In this document: positions 48,382 through 57,674 of the stretch, piece by piece
Numbering within the stretch: position 1 is the stretch's first letter
Layout of the letters: each line of letters starts with the position of its first letter
Assembly: GCA_017544165.1 (NCBI GenBank)
Contig: JAFYER010000012.1
Coordinates: 131,538-195,537 of the forward strand
Source: Bacilli bacterium
GTDB lineage: Bacteria; Bacillota_I; Bacilli_A; RF39; UBA660
Reading direction: 5' to 3'
DNA: 64,000 nt
Notes under the pieces: model-generated
Told to the model about the DNA's origin: nothing
The model's database searches: none
What the model saw: the letters and a program-made list of their open reading frames with translations, nothing else
Position numbers and translations under genes: made by a program

Positions 48382-49062
48382 TTAACCTATTAAAGATTGA
48401 ATATTATTTATTACTTTCTTTTCAATTCTCGATATATATGACTGGCTTATTCCAAGCATCTTAGCTACTTCTTTTTGCGTATATTCCTTAGTATTATAAA
48501 GACCATATCTAAGTGTCATAATTTCTTTATCACGAGAATTAAGATTATTAATTTCCCTATTTAAAAACTCTTTATTTAAGGCATTTTCAAATGTTTTAGG
48601 TACAATATCATCATCCGTTCCTAAGACATCCTCCAGGTGTAGTTCATTTCCTTCGGCATCAAAATTTAGTGATTCCTCAAGGCTTACTTCCGTTTTTTGT
48701 CTTTTATTTTTCCGAATAAACATTAATATTTCATTAGAAATACACCTACTTGCGTATGTTGCAAGTTTAATATTTTTAGATATCTTATAGGTATTAATAC
48801 CCTTGATTAATCCAATTGAACCAATTGATACCAAATCCTCGATGTCGTATCCTGAGGATTCATACTTTTTGGCTAAGAACACAACTAATCTTAGATTATG
48901 TTCAATCAAAATATTTTTAGCCTGCTCATCACCAGATTTGGCTTTAATTAAATATGATAATTCCTCTTCTTTACTAAGAGGAGGTGGAAGTTTATCAGTA
49001 GCCCCGACAAAAAAGACTTCCCGATACTTTTTAAATAGCTTTTCTAATAGTTTTTTAAACAT
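48382..49062 (-). CDS. sigE: RNA polymerase sporulation sigma factor SigE (pro-sigma-E)
   Basis: A pro-sequence is followed by ALPPPLSKEEE...ILIEHNLRLVVFLAKKYE...KLATYASRCISNEILMFIR...GISQSYISRIEKK, which closely parallels B. subtilis SigE. Confidence 0.85.
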   Translation of the reverse strand: MFKKLLEKLFKKYREVFFVGATDKLPPPLSKEEELSYLIKAKSGDEQAKNILIEHNLRLVVFLAKKYESSGYDIEDLVSIGSIGLIKGINTYKISKNIKLATYASRCISNEILMFIRKNKRQKTEVSLEESLNFDAEGNELHLEDVLGTDDDIVPKTFENALNKEFLNREINNLNSRDKEIMTLRYGLYNTKEYTQKEVAKMLGISQSYISRIEKKVINNIQSLIG

Positions 49063-49846
49063 AATTATCCTCCATTAACTTTTTATTTAATAAGCAGTCT
49101 ATTCCATCCTGAAAATGATAATCGCTTACCCCAATTAAATAGTTATATATCTTTTTTTGATTAATAATTATAAAACTTGGTTTATAGCATTTCATTAAAC
49201 TGCTTCCTGATACCGTATGACAAGGAACATAAACCGGCGATCTAATTTTTTCGATTTCAGACATTTTCTTGTTACTTACAATAATAATTGCTTTTTTAGT
49301 TATGGGATCAATAAGATTATTACCATTATCTAAAAGTGATAAACATTTAATGCATTTTTGATTAAAATAGATTTCGATTACATAATATAAGCTATATGTA
49401 TTTTTTAATTTTTTAGAACTCTTATAGTAAATAAAAAGAATTATCGGTGAAAGAATCATTAAAACTATAATATTGGGATTAGTACCCTTAAAAAAGAATA
49501 GTAAACCTTGATGATCAAGTGATGTTTGCAAGTCTATAAAATATAGGAAGCCCGCTAAAACAAAGCTACACATATACAAATATAATAAATTATTTAAAGT
49601 ATACCTTATACTGACATAACCAAAGGAAATTAAACACATAATAATGCTCGTTATAATTTTAAATAAAAATAAAATAATTGAATTAATATTTAAAAAAAGC
49701 AAAAAAATAGAAATAGCTCCAAATAATGATGCAAAAATGTGATATTTAAACTTTCTATTTCTTTTTAAAGTAACACTTACAGTGAGCATCAATAATAAAT
49801 CATAGAAAAAATTCATAAAAAAAATTAGGTCCAAATATATAATCAT
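49055..49846 (-). CDS. spoIIGA: sigma-E processing aspartic peptidase SpoIIGA
   Basis: Polytopic N-terminal membrane domain plus a C-terminal domain with SLLDNGNNLIDPITK (compare the DSGN catalytic motif). It holds the canonical position upstream of sigE. Confidence 0.75.
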   Translation of the reverse strand: MIIYLDLIFFMNFFYDLLLMLTVSVTLKRNRKFKYHIFASLFGAISIFLLFLNINSIILFLFKIITSIIMCLISFGYVSIRYTLNNLLYLYMCSFVLAGFLYFIDLQTSLDHQGLLFFFKGTNPNIIVLMILSPIILFIYYKSSKKLKNTYSLYYVIEIYFNQKCIKCLSLLDNGNNLIDPITKKAIIIVSNKKMSEIEKIRSPVYVPCHTVSGSSLMKCYKPSFIIINQKKIYNYLIGVSDYHFQDGIDCLLNKKLMEDNYV

Positions 49847-49897
49847 ATTATCACCTAATTTAATCTACTATATTATTTATAAAATAAATGTCATTTT

Positions 49898-50950
49898 TTA
49901 GTCGTTGTTACGTAAAAATGGTGGAATTTCATAATCAGTATCTAGAATCTCTGGTGTCTTTCTTTTTGGTATTTCATCGCCAAATAGAGCATCATCACCA
50001 ACTTGATCATCAAAACCAGTAGCTATTACTGTAACAATAACTTCATCTTGAAGGTTTTCATTTTTGATAGCACCGAAGATAATATTAACATCGCTATTAG
50101 CAGCCTCTCTTACAGTTTCAACAGCATCTTCGATTTCAAATAATGTTAAGTTATTACCACCTGTTACATTGACAATAGCATTCTTAGCTCCATCGATTGT
50201 CTCTTCAAGTAAAGAATTTGATACAGCTTGTCTTGCCGCCTCGATTGAACGGTTTTCTCCAGCAGCACAACCAATACCAATAATGGCAGTACCACTTTTT
50301 TCCATAACAGTTTTAACATCCGCAAAGTCAAGGTTAATTACTCCCGTTACAGCAATCAAATCAGAGATTGATTGAACACCACGGTGTAATACATTATCAA
50401 CTTCTTTAAACGCTTCATCAAATGAAGTAGTTTTATCAATAATATCTCTCAAACGATCATTTGGAATAACAATAAGTGTGTCAACATGCTTACGTAGTTC
50501 CTCAAGACCAATAAGAGCATTTTCCATTCTTCTTTTACCTTCGAACTTAAATGGTTTTGTTACAATACCTACAGTCAAGGCACCAAGTTCTTGAGCTATT
50601 TCTGCAATAATTGGAGCAGCTCCAGTTCCTGTGCCACCGCCAAGTCCACAAGCAACAAAGACCATATCAGCGCCAGTAAGAACTTCTTCGAGTTCAGCTT
50701 TGCTTTCTAGGGCAGCAGCTCTTCCAACTTCCGGATTAGCTCCAGCTCCACGTCCACCTGTAATATTTTTACCAATTTGAATCTTATTCTTGGCAAGTGA
50801 AGCATTTAATACTTGTAAATCAGTATTAACTACATAAAACTCGACACTTTGAACACCTTCGGTTATCATGCGGTTTACGGCATTACATCCGCCACCACCT
50901 ACGCCAACCACTTTAATCTTAGCGATTTGATCCATCAATAAATCTGACAT
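49898..50950 (-). CDS. ftsZ: cell division GTPase FtsZ
   Basis: [13 protein letters not shown], the tubulin signature GGGTGTG, and a C-terminal ...IPPFLR peptide. Confidence 0.9.
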   Translation of the reverse strand: MSDLLMDQIAKIKVVGVGGGGCNAVNRMITEGVQSVEFYVVNTDLQVLNASLAKNKIQIGKNITGGRGAGANPEVGRAAALESKAELEEVLTGADMVFVACGLGGGTGTGAAPIIAEIAQELGALTVGIVTKPFKFEGKRRMENALIGLEELRKHVDTLIVIPNDRLRDIIDKTTSFDEAFKEVDNVLHRGVQSISDLIAVTGVINLDFADVKTVMEKSGTAIIGIGCAAGENRSIEAARQAVSNSLLEETIDGAKNAIVNVTGGNNLTLFEIEDAVETVREAANSDVNIIFGAIKNENLQDEVIVTVIATGFDDQVGDDALFGDEIPKRKTPEILDTDYEIPPFLRNND

Positions 50951-50959
50951 ACATCCTCC

Positions 50960-52213
50960 TTAATTATCAAAAAAGTAACCATAGATTTTACCAAGTAATG
51001 AATTTTCGGAAATATTGACTCTTTTATGATTACCGCCAAATTCTTCTTGTTCATCTAAAGAAAATATTGAAAATTCTACATTTCGTAATTTCAACCGGCT
51101 ATTATAGTATTTAATCATACCTAATGCCACAGAGTACTTATTATCGCGAGCACCAATCTCTTCGACTATTCCAACTCTTCCCATTGTACCAAAAAAGTTA
51201 TCGATTAAGCCATCGAAATGATTGAGTTCACTTATTCCTCCTGAGAATATTATATAACTAATTTCTTTCTTTGTTAAGAGGTTAATTTGCTTTTTAATTA
51301 ACCCTAGTAATTCATTTAACCTAGATATTACTACGGCACTGATATCATATTGGCTAATTTTAACATCGCCACCATTGATATTTTTAACCATAATACTCTC
51401 ATTTGGTTGAGCTAAATGAATATCTGCTACAGCTAGTTTTTCCTTTAAATAACTGGCATCTTTGTTAGAAATTTTAAAAACATAAGCTAAATCATTATCA
51501 ATGATACCAGAACCCATATCAATAACTTCACAAGCGGTTAAAATACCTTTATTAAAGATTGAAACAGTAGTATTACTTTGACCGATATTAACTACAGCCC
51601 CAACCTTTTCTTTATCTGGTGTCTTTTTAAATTCATAAAAATCAGCAAGTGGTTCGATACAAATATCGACAACTTTAACACCAATCTTATCTAAAACTTT
51701 AATTATTCCTTCACTATTTTTCTTAGGAATTACCACCGCAACATCATTAACAGTTAAGTTATTAGCAATCAAATTAATTGGTGTTTTAACAACTTCATCT
51801 TCATTAATAATAAATTTTGTTGGTAATATTGTTACTAATTCCTTATTTGGTTCTATTTTATTATAAATACTTGCTTGCATAGCTTTAACTAAATCTGCAT
51901 GAGTAATAACTTTATCAGCACTTTTAATAGTAACAGAGCCGCTTGATATAAAACAATCTACATTAAAGGCAGGTATATTTACTAGTACTTTTTTAACTGG
52001 TAAGCCAAGAAGATTCTCAGTTTTAGTAAAGGCTTCCTTTAAAGCAAATTCCGCACTTTCAGGATTTACAATAAAGCCTTTTCTTATTCCTTCGGAAGGA
52101 ACATCAACGCATGACAAAACATTCAACTTATCTTTTTGAATTTCTCCAACAATTAACTTAATTGAATTTGAACCGATATCCAAACTGGCAATAATCTTGC
52201 GCATATCCCTCAC
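50960..52213 (-). CDS. ftsA: cell division protein FtsA
   Basis: Actin-fold ATPase with IASLDIGSNSIKLIVGE and a C-terminal amphipathic tail. It lies upstream of ftsZ. Confidence 0.85.
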   Translation of the reverse strand: MRDMRKIIASLDIGSNSIKLIVGEIQKDKLNVLSCVDVPSEGIRKGFIVNPESAEFALKEAFTKTENLLGLPVKKVLVNIPAFNVDCFISSGSVTIKSADKVITHADLVKAMQASIYNKIEPNKELVTILPTKFIINEDEVVKTPINLIANNLTVNDVAVVIPKKNSEGIIKVLDKIGVKVVDICIEPLADFYEFKKTPDKEKVGAVVNIGQSNTTVSIFNKGILTACEVIDMGSGIIDNDLAYVFKISNKDASYLKEKLAVADIHLAQPNESIMVKNINGGDVKISQYDISAVVISRLNELLGLIKKQINLLTKKEISYIIFSGGISELNHFDGLIDNFFGTMGRVGIVEEIGARDNKYSVALGMIKYYNSRLKLRNVEFSIFSLDEQEEFGGNHKRVNISENSLLGKIYGYFFDN

Positions 52214-52261
52214 CTATTTTATATAGCATCATTATATCGAAATATTTTTCTTTTAGCAAGT

Positions 52262-52295
52262 TTGAAGCAAACAAAAATAGAGATTTCTCTCTATT
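52262..52295 (-). terminator. rho-independent terminator of the infC-rpmI-rplT operon
   Basis: 8-bp stem AATAGAGA/TCTCTATT with loop TTTC overlapping the rplT stop codon, followed on the minus strand by TTTGTTTG. Confidence 0.55.
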
Positions 52296-52398
52296 TAAGT
52301 GCTTTTAATAATTCATCTTTTTTCATTGATGAATAACCTTTAATTTCTTTTTCTTTAGCTAAAGCCTTTAATTCAGCAAGTGTTTTAGAAGATAAGTC
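52291..52398. repeat. ~105-bp dispersed repeat (copy 2) encoding the shared Rho_N-like C-terminal module of L20
   Basis: Roughly 85-90% nucleotide identity with 22078..22185. The encoded peptides differ at 6 of 35 positions. Confidence 0.7.
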
Positions 52399-52833
52399 TT
52401 CTTTTACTGCTTCTTTTTTGGTTTCTTTAACCTCTGCTTTCTTTTCAGCTTTTTCTTCTTTAGCAGGAGCTACTTTGCCATTTAAAGCATCTTTAGCAGT
52501 TTTAACTAATGCTGCAAAAGCTTTTTCATCATCAATAGCTAGTTCTGAAAGCATTTTACGATTGATTTCAATATTAGCTTTAGCAAGACCATTAATGAAT
52601 TTTGAATAACTGATATCATTCATACGACATGCAGCGTTAATTCGTGTAATCCATAATTTACGGAAATTTCTTTTGTTTTGTTTACGATCACGATAAGCGT
52701 ATGCACCACTATGGAAAAGTTGTTCTTGTGCAGTCTTATACAATCTATGTTTGCTACCAAAATATCCTTTAGCAGCTTTTAATACTTTTCTTCTTCTGTT
52801 TTTAGAAACAGTTCCACCTTTAACTCTTGTCAT
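52291..52833 (-). CDS. rplT: 50S ribosomal protein L20 with Lys/Glu-rich linker and C-terminal Rho_N/SAP-like module
   Basis: L20 core (ARVKGG..RRK..LK.AKGY.G...R.....Q...) followed by a KE-rich linker and ...[36 protein letters not shown]. Confidence 0.9.
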   Translation of the reverse strand: MTRVKGGTVSKNRRRKVLKAAKGYFGSKHRLYKTAQEQLFHSGAYAYRDRKQNKRNFRKLWITRINAACRMNDISYSKFINGLAKANIEINRKMLSELAIDDEKAFAALVKTAKDALNGKVAPAKEEKAEKKAEVKETKKEAVKEDLSSKTLAELKALAKEKEIKGYSSMKKDELLKALK

Positions 52834-52847
52834 TTTTTAAACCACCC

Positions 52848-53042
52848 TTATATTACACTTGAAAGGTTTTTAGACATACCTTTCGCTAAAACGCCCTTAT
52901 TTCTTCTTTGTCTAACGGCTTTAGCTGTATCCTTTCCTGTTTTGTGATTACCATTACCCTTCTTAAAAGTAACAGTACCATTTTTCTTTTTGCTTAACAC
53001 TTTGCTACTAGCTTTATGTGTTTTTTGTTTACATTTTCCCAT
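52848..53042 (-). CDS. rpmI: 50S ribosomal protein L35
   Basis: 64-aa highly basic protein starting M.K.KQKTHKAS.K, located between infC and rplT. Confidence 0.7.
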   Translation of the reverse strand: MGKCKQKTHKASSKVLSKKKNGTVTFKKGNGNHKTGKDTAKAVRQRRNKGVLAKGMSKNLSSVI

Positions 53043-53048
53043 TTTTTA

Positions 53049-53582
53049 TTACTTCCTTTCTATTTTCTTTGGCGCCAACATCATCCAAACTTGACGGCCT
53101 TCAATTTGAGGTTTAGTTTCAATATCAGCAAGATCAGAAAGAGCATCAGCAAAGCGCAAAAGCACATCACTTCCAAGCTCAGGGTGAGCAATTTGTCTTC
53201 CTTTAAAACGAATAAATGCTTTAATCTTATGACCCTTCTTCAAATACTCAGCAGCATTCTTACGACGAGTTTCAAAATCACCGACATCAATTGTAACTGA
53301 TAAACGGTATTCTTTGATCTCTTTGCTATTTTCTCTTTGTTTCTTTTGAGCTTCTTTTAGTTTCTTTTGCTTTTCATAACGAAATTTATTATAATCCATT
53401 ACCTTAGCTACAGCCGGAACTGCATTTCCACTCATCAAAACTAAATCAAGTCCAGCATAATTTGCAAGTGTTAAAGCATCACTCAATTTTTTAATGCCTA
53501 ATTTCTCACCATTAGGTCCTATTACCATTAATTCCTCACATTTAATTTGATTATTAATTGGTAAATCCTCAATCTTTGCTAT
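53049..53582 (-). CDS. infC: translation initiation factor IF-3 (probable non-AUG ATA start)
   Basis: The ORF from the internal ATG (53528) begins MVIGPNGEKLGIK. The upstream in-frame sequence (AKIEDLPINNQIKCEEL) aligns with the IF-3 N-terminus. The ATA at 53582 has GGAGG 7 nt upstream, consistent with the usual AUU/AUA autoregulatory start of infC. Confidence 0.75.
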   Translation of the reverse strand: MAKIEDLPINNQIKCEELMVIGPNGEKLGIKKLSDALTLANYAGLDLVLMSGNAVPAVAKVMDYNKFRYEKQKKLKEAQKKQRENSKEIKEYRLSVTIDVGDFETRRKNAAEYLKKGHKIKAFIRFKGRQIAHPELGSDVLLRFADALSDLADIETKPQIEGRQVWMMLAPKKIERK

Positions 53583-53740
53583 ATATCTTCGCCTCCATAC
53601 AATTTAAAAGATGGATATTACTATCCACCTTAAAAGTCTATAAAATATCTTTATGGCCTTTTACCTATCGACTAACATCAATCAGGTGGATATAAATCGC
53701 TTTCCTTTAAATAACATCAATATCTTATAATAATTATATG
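53583..53740 (-). promoter_or_regulatory. infC-rpmI-rplT leader with candidate long-range pairing (L20-leader-like)
   Basis: Complementary 8-mers TATCCACC (53619..53626) and GGTGGATA (53693..53700) sit in the untranslated leader. L20-mediated feedback leaders are typical of Firmicutes. Confidence 0.3.
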
Positions 53741-53743
53741 TCA

Positions 53744-53769
53744 TTGTCAATAACTATTTATCTTCTTTT
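53744..53769. repeat. 26-bp perfect direct repeat TTGTCAATAACTATTTATCTTCTTTT (copy A; duplicate of the recA 3' end)
   Basis: Identical to 54249..54274, 505 bp away. Lies 13 nt downstream of the KilA-N gene. Confidence 0.85.
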
Positions 53770-53781
53770 ATTTTTTAATCT

Positions 53782-54204
53782 TTAAAACTCCTTAATCAAG
53801 TAAATTTTAAACAAATTATCAATCCAAGATGCAAATTCCAAAGCAATATCAGAATGTGCAAAAGTGCCATCACTATATCTTCCTTTGCTAGAACGAATTC
53901 CCAATGAATTTACCCTTTTAATCCATTGATTAGGGGTCATAGTAAATGATTTCTTAGGAGCCTCAATTATAATTTGGCGGAATTCCGCCGAATTAAAATT
54001 ATCATTACTTAGTTCCTCCCATAATCCTAAAAACTCTATCGTATCATAATTACTTAACCACTTTTTTATTGCATCTGATGGTTCTTTAGGATTTTTATAT
54101 TTTGCTAAATCAGTTAACGAAATATAATCTTCATTATTAATTCTCATAACTCTAACATCATTATCATTAACATTCATAACTGTCATAATACCATTCATAA
54201 TCAT
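53782..54204 (-). CDS. KilA-N domain protein (phage/plasmid-associated DNA-binding domain)
   Basis: 140 aa with RBS AAAGGA. The ISLTDLAKY...W......EFLG.WE.......GTFAHSDIALEFASWID pattern is typical of KilA-N/APSES-type domains. Confidence 0.6.
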   Translation of the reverse strand: MIMNGIMTVMNVNDNDVRVMRINNEDYISLTDLAKYKNPKEPSDAIKKWLSNYDTIEFLGLWEELSNDNFNSAEFRQIIIEAPKKSFTMTPNQWIKRVNSLGIRSSKGRYSDGTFAHSDIALEFASWIDNLFKIYLIKEF

Positions 54205-54248
54205 TCCTTTCTAAATAAGGAGATGATTGTAATAACCACCTCCTTATC

Positions 54249-54274
54249 TTGTCAATAACTATTTATCTTCTTTT
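54249..54274. repeat. 26-bp perfect direct repeat TTGTCAATAACTATTTATCTTCTTTT (copy B; native recA 3' end)
   Basis: Covers the recA stop codon (54259..54261) and the last four codons (K E D K). Confidence 0.85.
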
Positions 54275-55320
54275 TTAGTCTTTTCTTTTAATGGTTCCTC
54301 TACCTTATATTCAATAGGTTTAAAACCATAATGTTCACGAATTTTGTTTTCTATTTCAATAGCTAATTTCCTATCTTGTTTTAAAAGGGTTCTAACATTG
54401 TCTCTTCCTTGGCCAATCTTTTCACCTTGATAAGAATACCATGCACCACTTTTTTCAATAATAGCAAGATCAGATGCTAAATCAACAATTTCACCCTCTC
54501 TTGAGACACCTTCCCCATATAAAATATCTACCGAAGCAGTTTTAAATGGCGGTGCTACTTTATTCTTAACAACTTTAATATTTGTCTTATTTCCATATAC
54601 TTGATCGCCGCTTTTAAGTTGTTCACCTTTTCTAACATCAAGTCTAATACTTGAATAAAACTTTAAAGCTCTTCCACCAGGTGTAGTTTCAGGATTACCA
54701 AACATGATTCCAACTTTTTCTCTCAACTGATTAATAAAAATAGCTGTAGTTTTAGTTTTATTCATACTTCCAGATAATTTTCTAAGAGCTTGACTCATTA
54801 GTCTTGCTTGAAGTCCAACATGCGAATCTCCCATTTCTCCATCAATCTCTGCTTGAGGAACAAGGGCCGCTACTGAATCTATTACAACTAAATCGACAGC
54901 TTCGCTTTTGACAAGCGCATCACATATTTCTAGTGCTTGCTCGCCCGTATCTGGTTGAGATAATAAAAGCTCGTTAATATTTACTCCTAAATTTTTAGCA
55001 TAGACAGGATCAAGAGCGTGTTCGGCATCAATAAAGGCAGCTCTTCCGCCATTTTTTTGTACTTCCGCAATAGCCTGAAGAGCAATCGTTGTTTTACCAC
55101 TACTTTCAGGTCCAAATATTTCTATTATTCTTCCTTTTGGATAACCGCCAACCCCAAGAGCGATATCTAGAGCAAGTGAACCACTACTAGTTGTTTCAAC
55201 TTCGATGTGTTCTTCATTGCCTAGTCGCATAATAGCACCTTCCCCAAATTGTTTTTCAATGTCGGCTAAAACTTGGGCAAGTGCTTTATCTTTATCCTTT
55301 GTTTCTTTTGTAATTTTCAT
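54259..55320 (-). CDS. recA: recombinase RecA
   Basis: Walker [11 protein letters not shown]1/L2 loops, and a KE-rich C-terminal tail. The start is set at the ATG at 55320 (RBS AAAGGAGAA), not the longer raw ORF. Confidence 0.9.
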   Translation of the reverse strand: MKITKETKDKDKALAQVLADIEKQFGEGAIMRLGNEEHIEVETTSSGSLALDIALGVGGYPKGRIIEIFGPESSGKTTIALQAIAEVQKNGGRAAFIDAEHALDPVYAKNLGVNINELLLSQPDTGEQALEICDALVKSEAVDLVVIDSVAALVPQAEIDGEMGDSHVGLQARLMSQALRKLSGSMNKTKTTAIFINQLREKVGIMFGNPETTPGGRALKFYSSIRLDVRKGEQLKSGDQVYGNKTNIKVVKNKVAPPFKTASVDILYGEGVSREGEIVDLASDLAIIEKSGAWYSYQGEKIGQGRDNVRTLLKQDRKLAIEIENKIREHYGFKPIEYKVEEPLKEKTKKEDK

Positions 55321-55439
55321 TATGTTCTCCTTTAATATAACTCTGACATTTTTATTGTATCTTATCATTTTATAAAAGTCAACAAAAATATGCAAATATT
55401 TGTTCGCTATTAATATTGCAAAAAAAACCGAGATTTTTC

Positions 55440-56330
55440 TCAGTTTCGATGATTAACTGTAATTAATTCAAAATCTTCGGTTAATTGTTTAATTCTTTCA
55501 ATTATTCTTCTTGCTTTAACAATATCTAAACTATCTTTTGAATTTCCTAAATGTTTTTCGAGTTCTTCGATAGTAAGATTACTTGTAAAAAAGGTAGTCA
55601 TATGATTATTCATTCTTGTCTGTAAGATAGTTGCAAGTACTTCATCTCTTCCCCATTCACTTACCTTTTCAGCACCGATATCATCAATAAGAAGGATTTC
55701 GACATTTGCTAAATATGAAACTTTACTATCAACTAAATTAAAATTATCTTTTAGATTTCGAAGTAGTTCAGGAAAATAAACTATTTCAAAAATAGCATTT
55801 TTCTTTTCTTTGAGTTCATTTAAAAGAGCTGCTAGTAAAAATGTTTTACCTCCACCAAAGCTGCCATGAAGGTATAAACCCTTATTTACCTTTGTAACAT
55901 CATAGTTATCAAAAAAGCTTTTTAACCATTTAATTAATTTAACTCTCTTTTTATCAGTTACGTCTATATCTTTCATCCTAGCATTTAAAAGAGCTGTATC
56001 ACTTTCTTTATTCTTAATATCTGATTCATATTGTTTTAATTTTTTACATGGCACATAATCAAATACCACTTTGCTTTCATTTTTACTTGGATAGTAAACA
56101 TATCCTTTCATCATATTTGGGCATTTACCAATACCAGGACAATTCTTACAATTATCTAGTTCATTTATTGTGTCCTCTAAAGAAGTTAAATTTCTTTTAG
56201 CTTCATCCTCAGTTAACCTTAAAGCTTTAACTAATTTAGAAATTTTAGGATCAAGTTTTTTTAAAGCATAGTTTTTATCAGTAGAACTCTTAACATTATT
56301 TTTTAACATCTTAGCAACTTTTACTTCCAT
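55440..56330 (-). CDS. dnaI: primosomal helicase-loader DnaI (DnaC-like AAA+)
   Basis: N-terminal Zn-binding region [12 protein letters not shown], then AAA+ Walker A GSFGGGKT and Walker B LLIDDIG. Confidence 0.8.
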   Translation of the reverse strand: MEVKVAKMLKNNVKSSTDKNYALKKLDPKISKLVKALRLTEDEAKRNLTSLEDTINELDNCKNCPGIGKCPNMMKGYVYYPSKNESKVVFDYVPCKKLKQYESDIKNKESDTALLNARMKDIDVTDKKRVKLIKWLKSFFDNYDVTKVNKGLYLHGSFGGGKTFLLAALLNELKEKKNAIFEIVYFPELLRNLKDNFNLVDSKVSYLANVEILLIDDIGAEKVSEWGRDEVLATILQTRMNNHMTTFFTSNLTIEELEKHLGNSKDSLDIVKARRIIERIKQLTEDFELITVNHRN

Positions 56331-57601
56331 TACTTAAACTCCTTTAATAATTCCTCTAACTCTTTTGCTTCTTCTTCACTAGATTCACTTTTTTCTATTT
56401 TTTCATTAAACCAGCTAGGCTCAATGGCTGCACTCTTTTCTTTAGTCAAAGCTTTCTTCAAAGTTTTTTTATGTTCTTTTTCAGCAAATAACATTGCTTC
56501 TTCCGCTGTTTTTAAATCAGCTCTTTTCCATTGGGATGCAATAGTTTCAACATAATTTGTTGTTAATTTATTGTTATTTTTTCTTAAACAATAATCAAGT
56601 AACACATTGACAACTGCAGGGGTAAGCTCTAAATCAAATAATAGCGATTCAACCAACTTCAAGTCTTTAGCGGTCGGTGATGCTCCTTTATTCTTCTTTT
56701 TTAAATAATCATATGGAGAAATATTTTCAAACATTGCTATTATTTGGGCTCTTTTTGAAGTATCACCCGAAGCCTTTTTTAAATACTCTGGTTGCGTACG
56801 ATATACAATTGTCGGAAGACTATTATTAGAAAGTTGATAATTTTTTTGAGCAGCACTTCTAAGTGCATTTTTATCAATTAAACCAAATTCATTTAAACTT
56901 GCTCTTATAAGTTCAATCATTTTTAGAGTATCTAAATTGTAAATAAAAGATAAATTATCAATCATTTCTTTAGTCTTTTTATTAAAAGCCTTTTGGGATA
57001 AAACATCTTTAGGAATACTTTCTACAATTAAATCATAATCAATTTTACTAGTCAGTTTATAAGAACCGGTAACCTTTTCTTTTATATTCTCTATTTCTTT
57101 AAAGCTTTCTGATTTATAAACATCATCCATATTTCTAGTTATTTCAATAAAGCCTGTTAAATCATACTTTTTCTTTTGATAAGCTTTAATGATTTTTTCA
57201 TATTCTTCACTTCCAACATTGTTATATAAAACAGTACTAAAAATAGGATTATTTAAAAATTCATCAGGATTTAATGGTGAGTATAATTCATAAATATATA
57301 TTAATACATTTTCTTCTTTGACAAATGATTTCAATAAACCGGTTGCCTCTAAGGATTCTCTTGCTTCTTTTAAACTTTTAGAACTACATTTTAAAACACT
57401 TAATAAATGATGGTGTAATAAAAAATCACTTTCCTCACAATTATTATTTAAATCTTGCCATAAAATTAAATATAAAGATACTGCTAAAGGGCCTATAATT
57501 GGACTATAAAAAGTAAGTAAATGTTGACGATCAATATCGCTTAAAATAGTTTTGTTAATTACTTTATAGCGATCAGCTGGTAAAATTGAATAACTACTCA
57601 T
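56330..57601 (-). CDS. dnaB: replication initiation and membrane attachment protein DnaB (Firmicute DnaB/DnaD-like)
   Basis: 423 aa with a DnaB_2/DnaD-like N-terminus (SILPADRY...LLTFYSPIIGPLAVSLYLIL). It is immediately upstream of and overlaps dnaI. Confidence 0.7.
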   Translation of the reverse strand: MSSYSILPADRYKVINKTILSDIDRQHLLTFYSPIIGPLAVSLYLILWQDLNNNCEESDFLLHHHLLSVLKCSSKSLKEARESLEATGLLKSFVKEENVLIYIYELYSPLNPDEFLNNPIFSTVLYNNVGSEEYEKIIKAYQKKKYDLTGFIEITRNMDDVYKSESFKEIENIKEKVTGSYKLTSKIDYDLIVESIPKDVLSQKAFNKKTKEMIDNLSFIYNLDTLKMIELIRASLNEFGLIDKNALRSAAQKNYQLSNNSLPTIVYRTQPEYLKKASGDTSKRAQIIAMFENISPYDYLKKKNKGASPTAKDLKLVESLLFDLELTPAVVNVLLDYCLRKNNNKLTTNYVETIASQWKRADLKTAEEAMLFAEKEHKKTLKKALTKEKSAAIEPSWFNEKIEKSESSEEEAKELEELLKEFK

Positions 57602-57674
57602 AATCCATATTCCTTTCTTAAATATATATTATAAAATTATCATATCATAATTGTAAACAATAAAATTAATATCT

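Larger units (their letters stand above)
53744..54274 (-). mobile_element. ~0.5-kb insertion carrying a KilA-N-domain gene, bounded by 26-bp direct repeats at the recA 3' end
   Basis: Perfect 26-mer direct repeats flank a single foreign-type gene between recA and the infC leader. One repeat copy contains the recA stop codon plus its last 4 codons. Confidence 0.45.

Noticed and set aside
55381-55420. Candidate LexA (Cheo-box) operator upstream of recA: sequence GCGAACAAATATTTGCAT.
   Set aside because: Only one CGAAC half-site is present. The other half (ATTTGC) does not match GTTCG, so it is not called as an SOS box. The 10-bp palindrome CAAATATTTG is noted but is of the kind expected by chance in AT-rich DNA.
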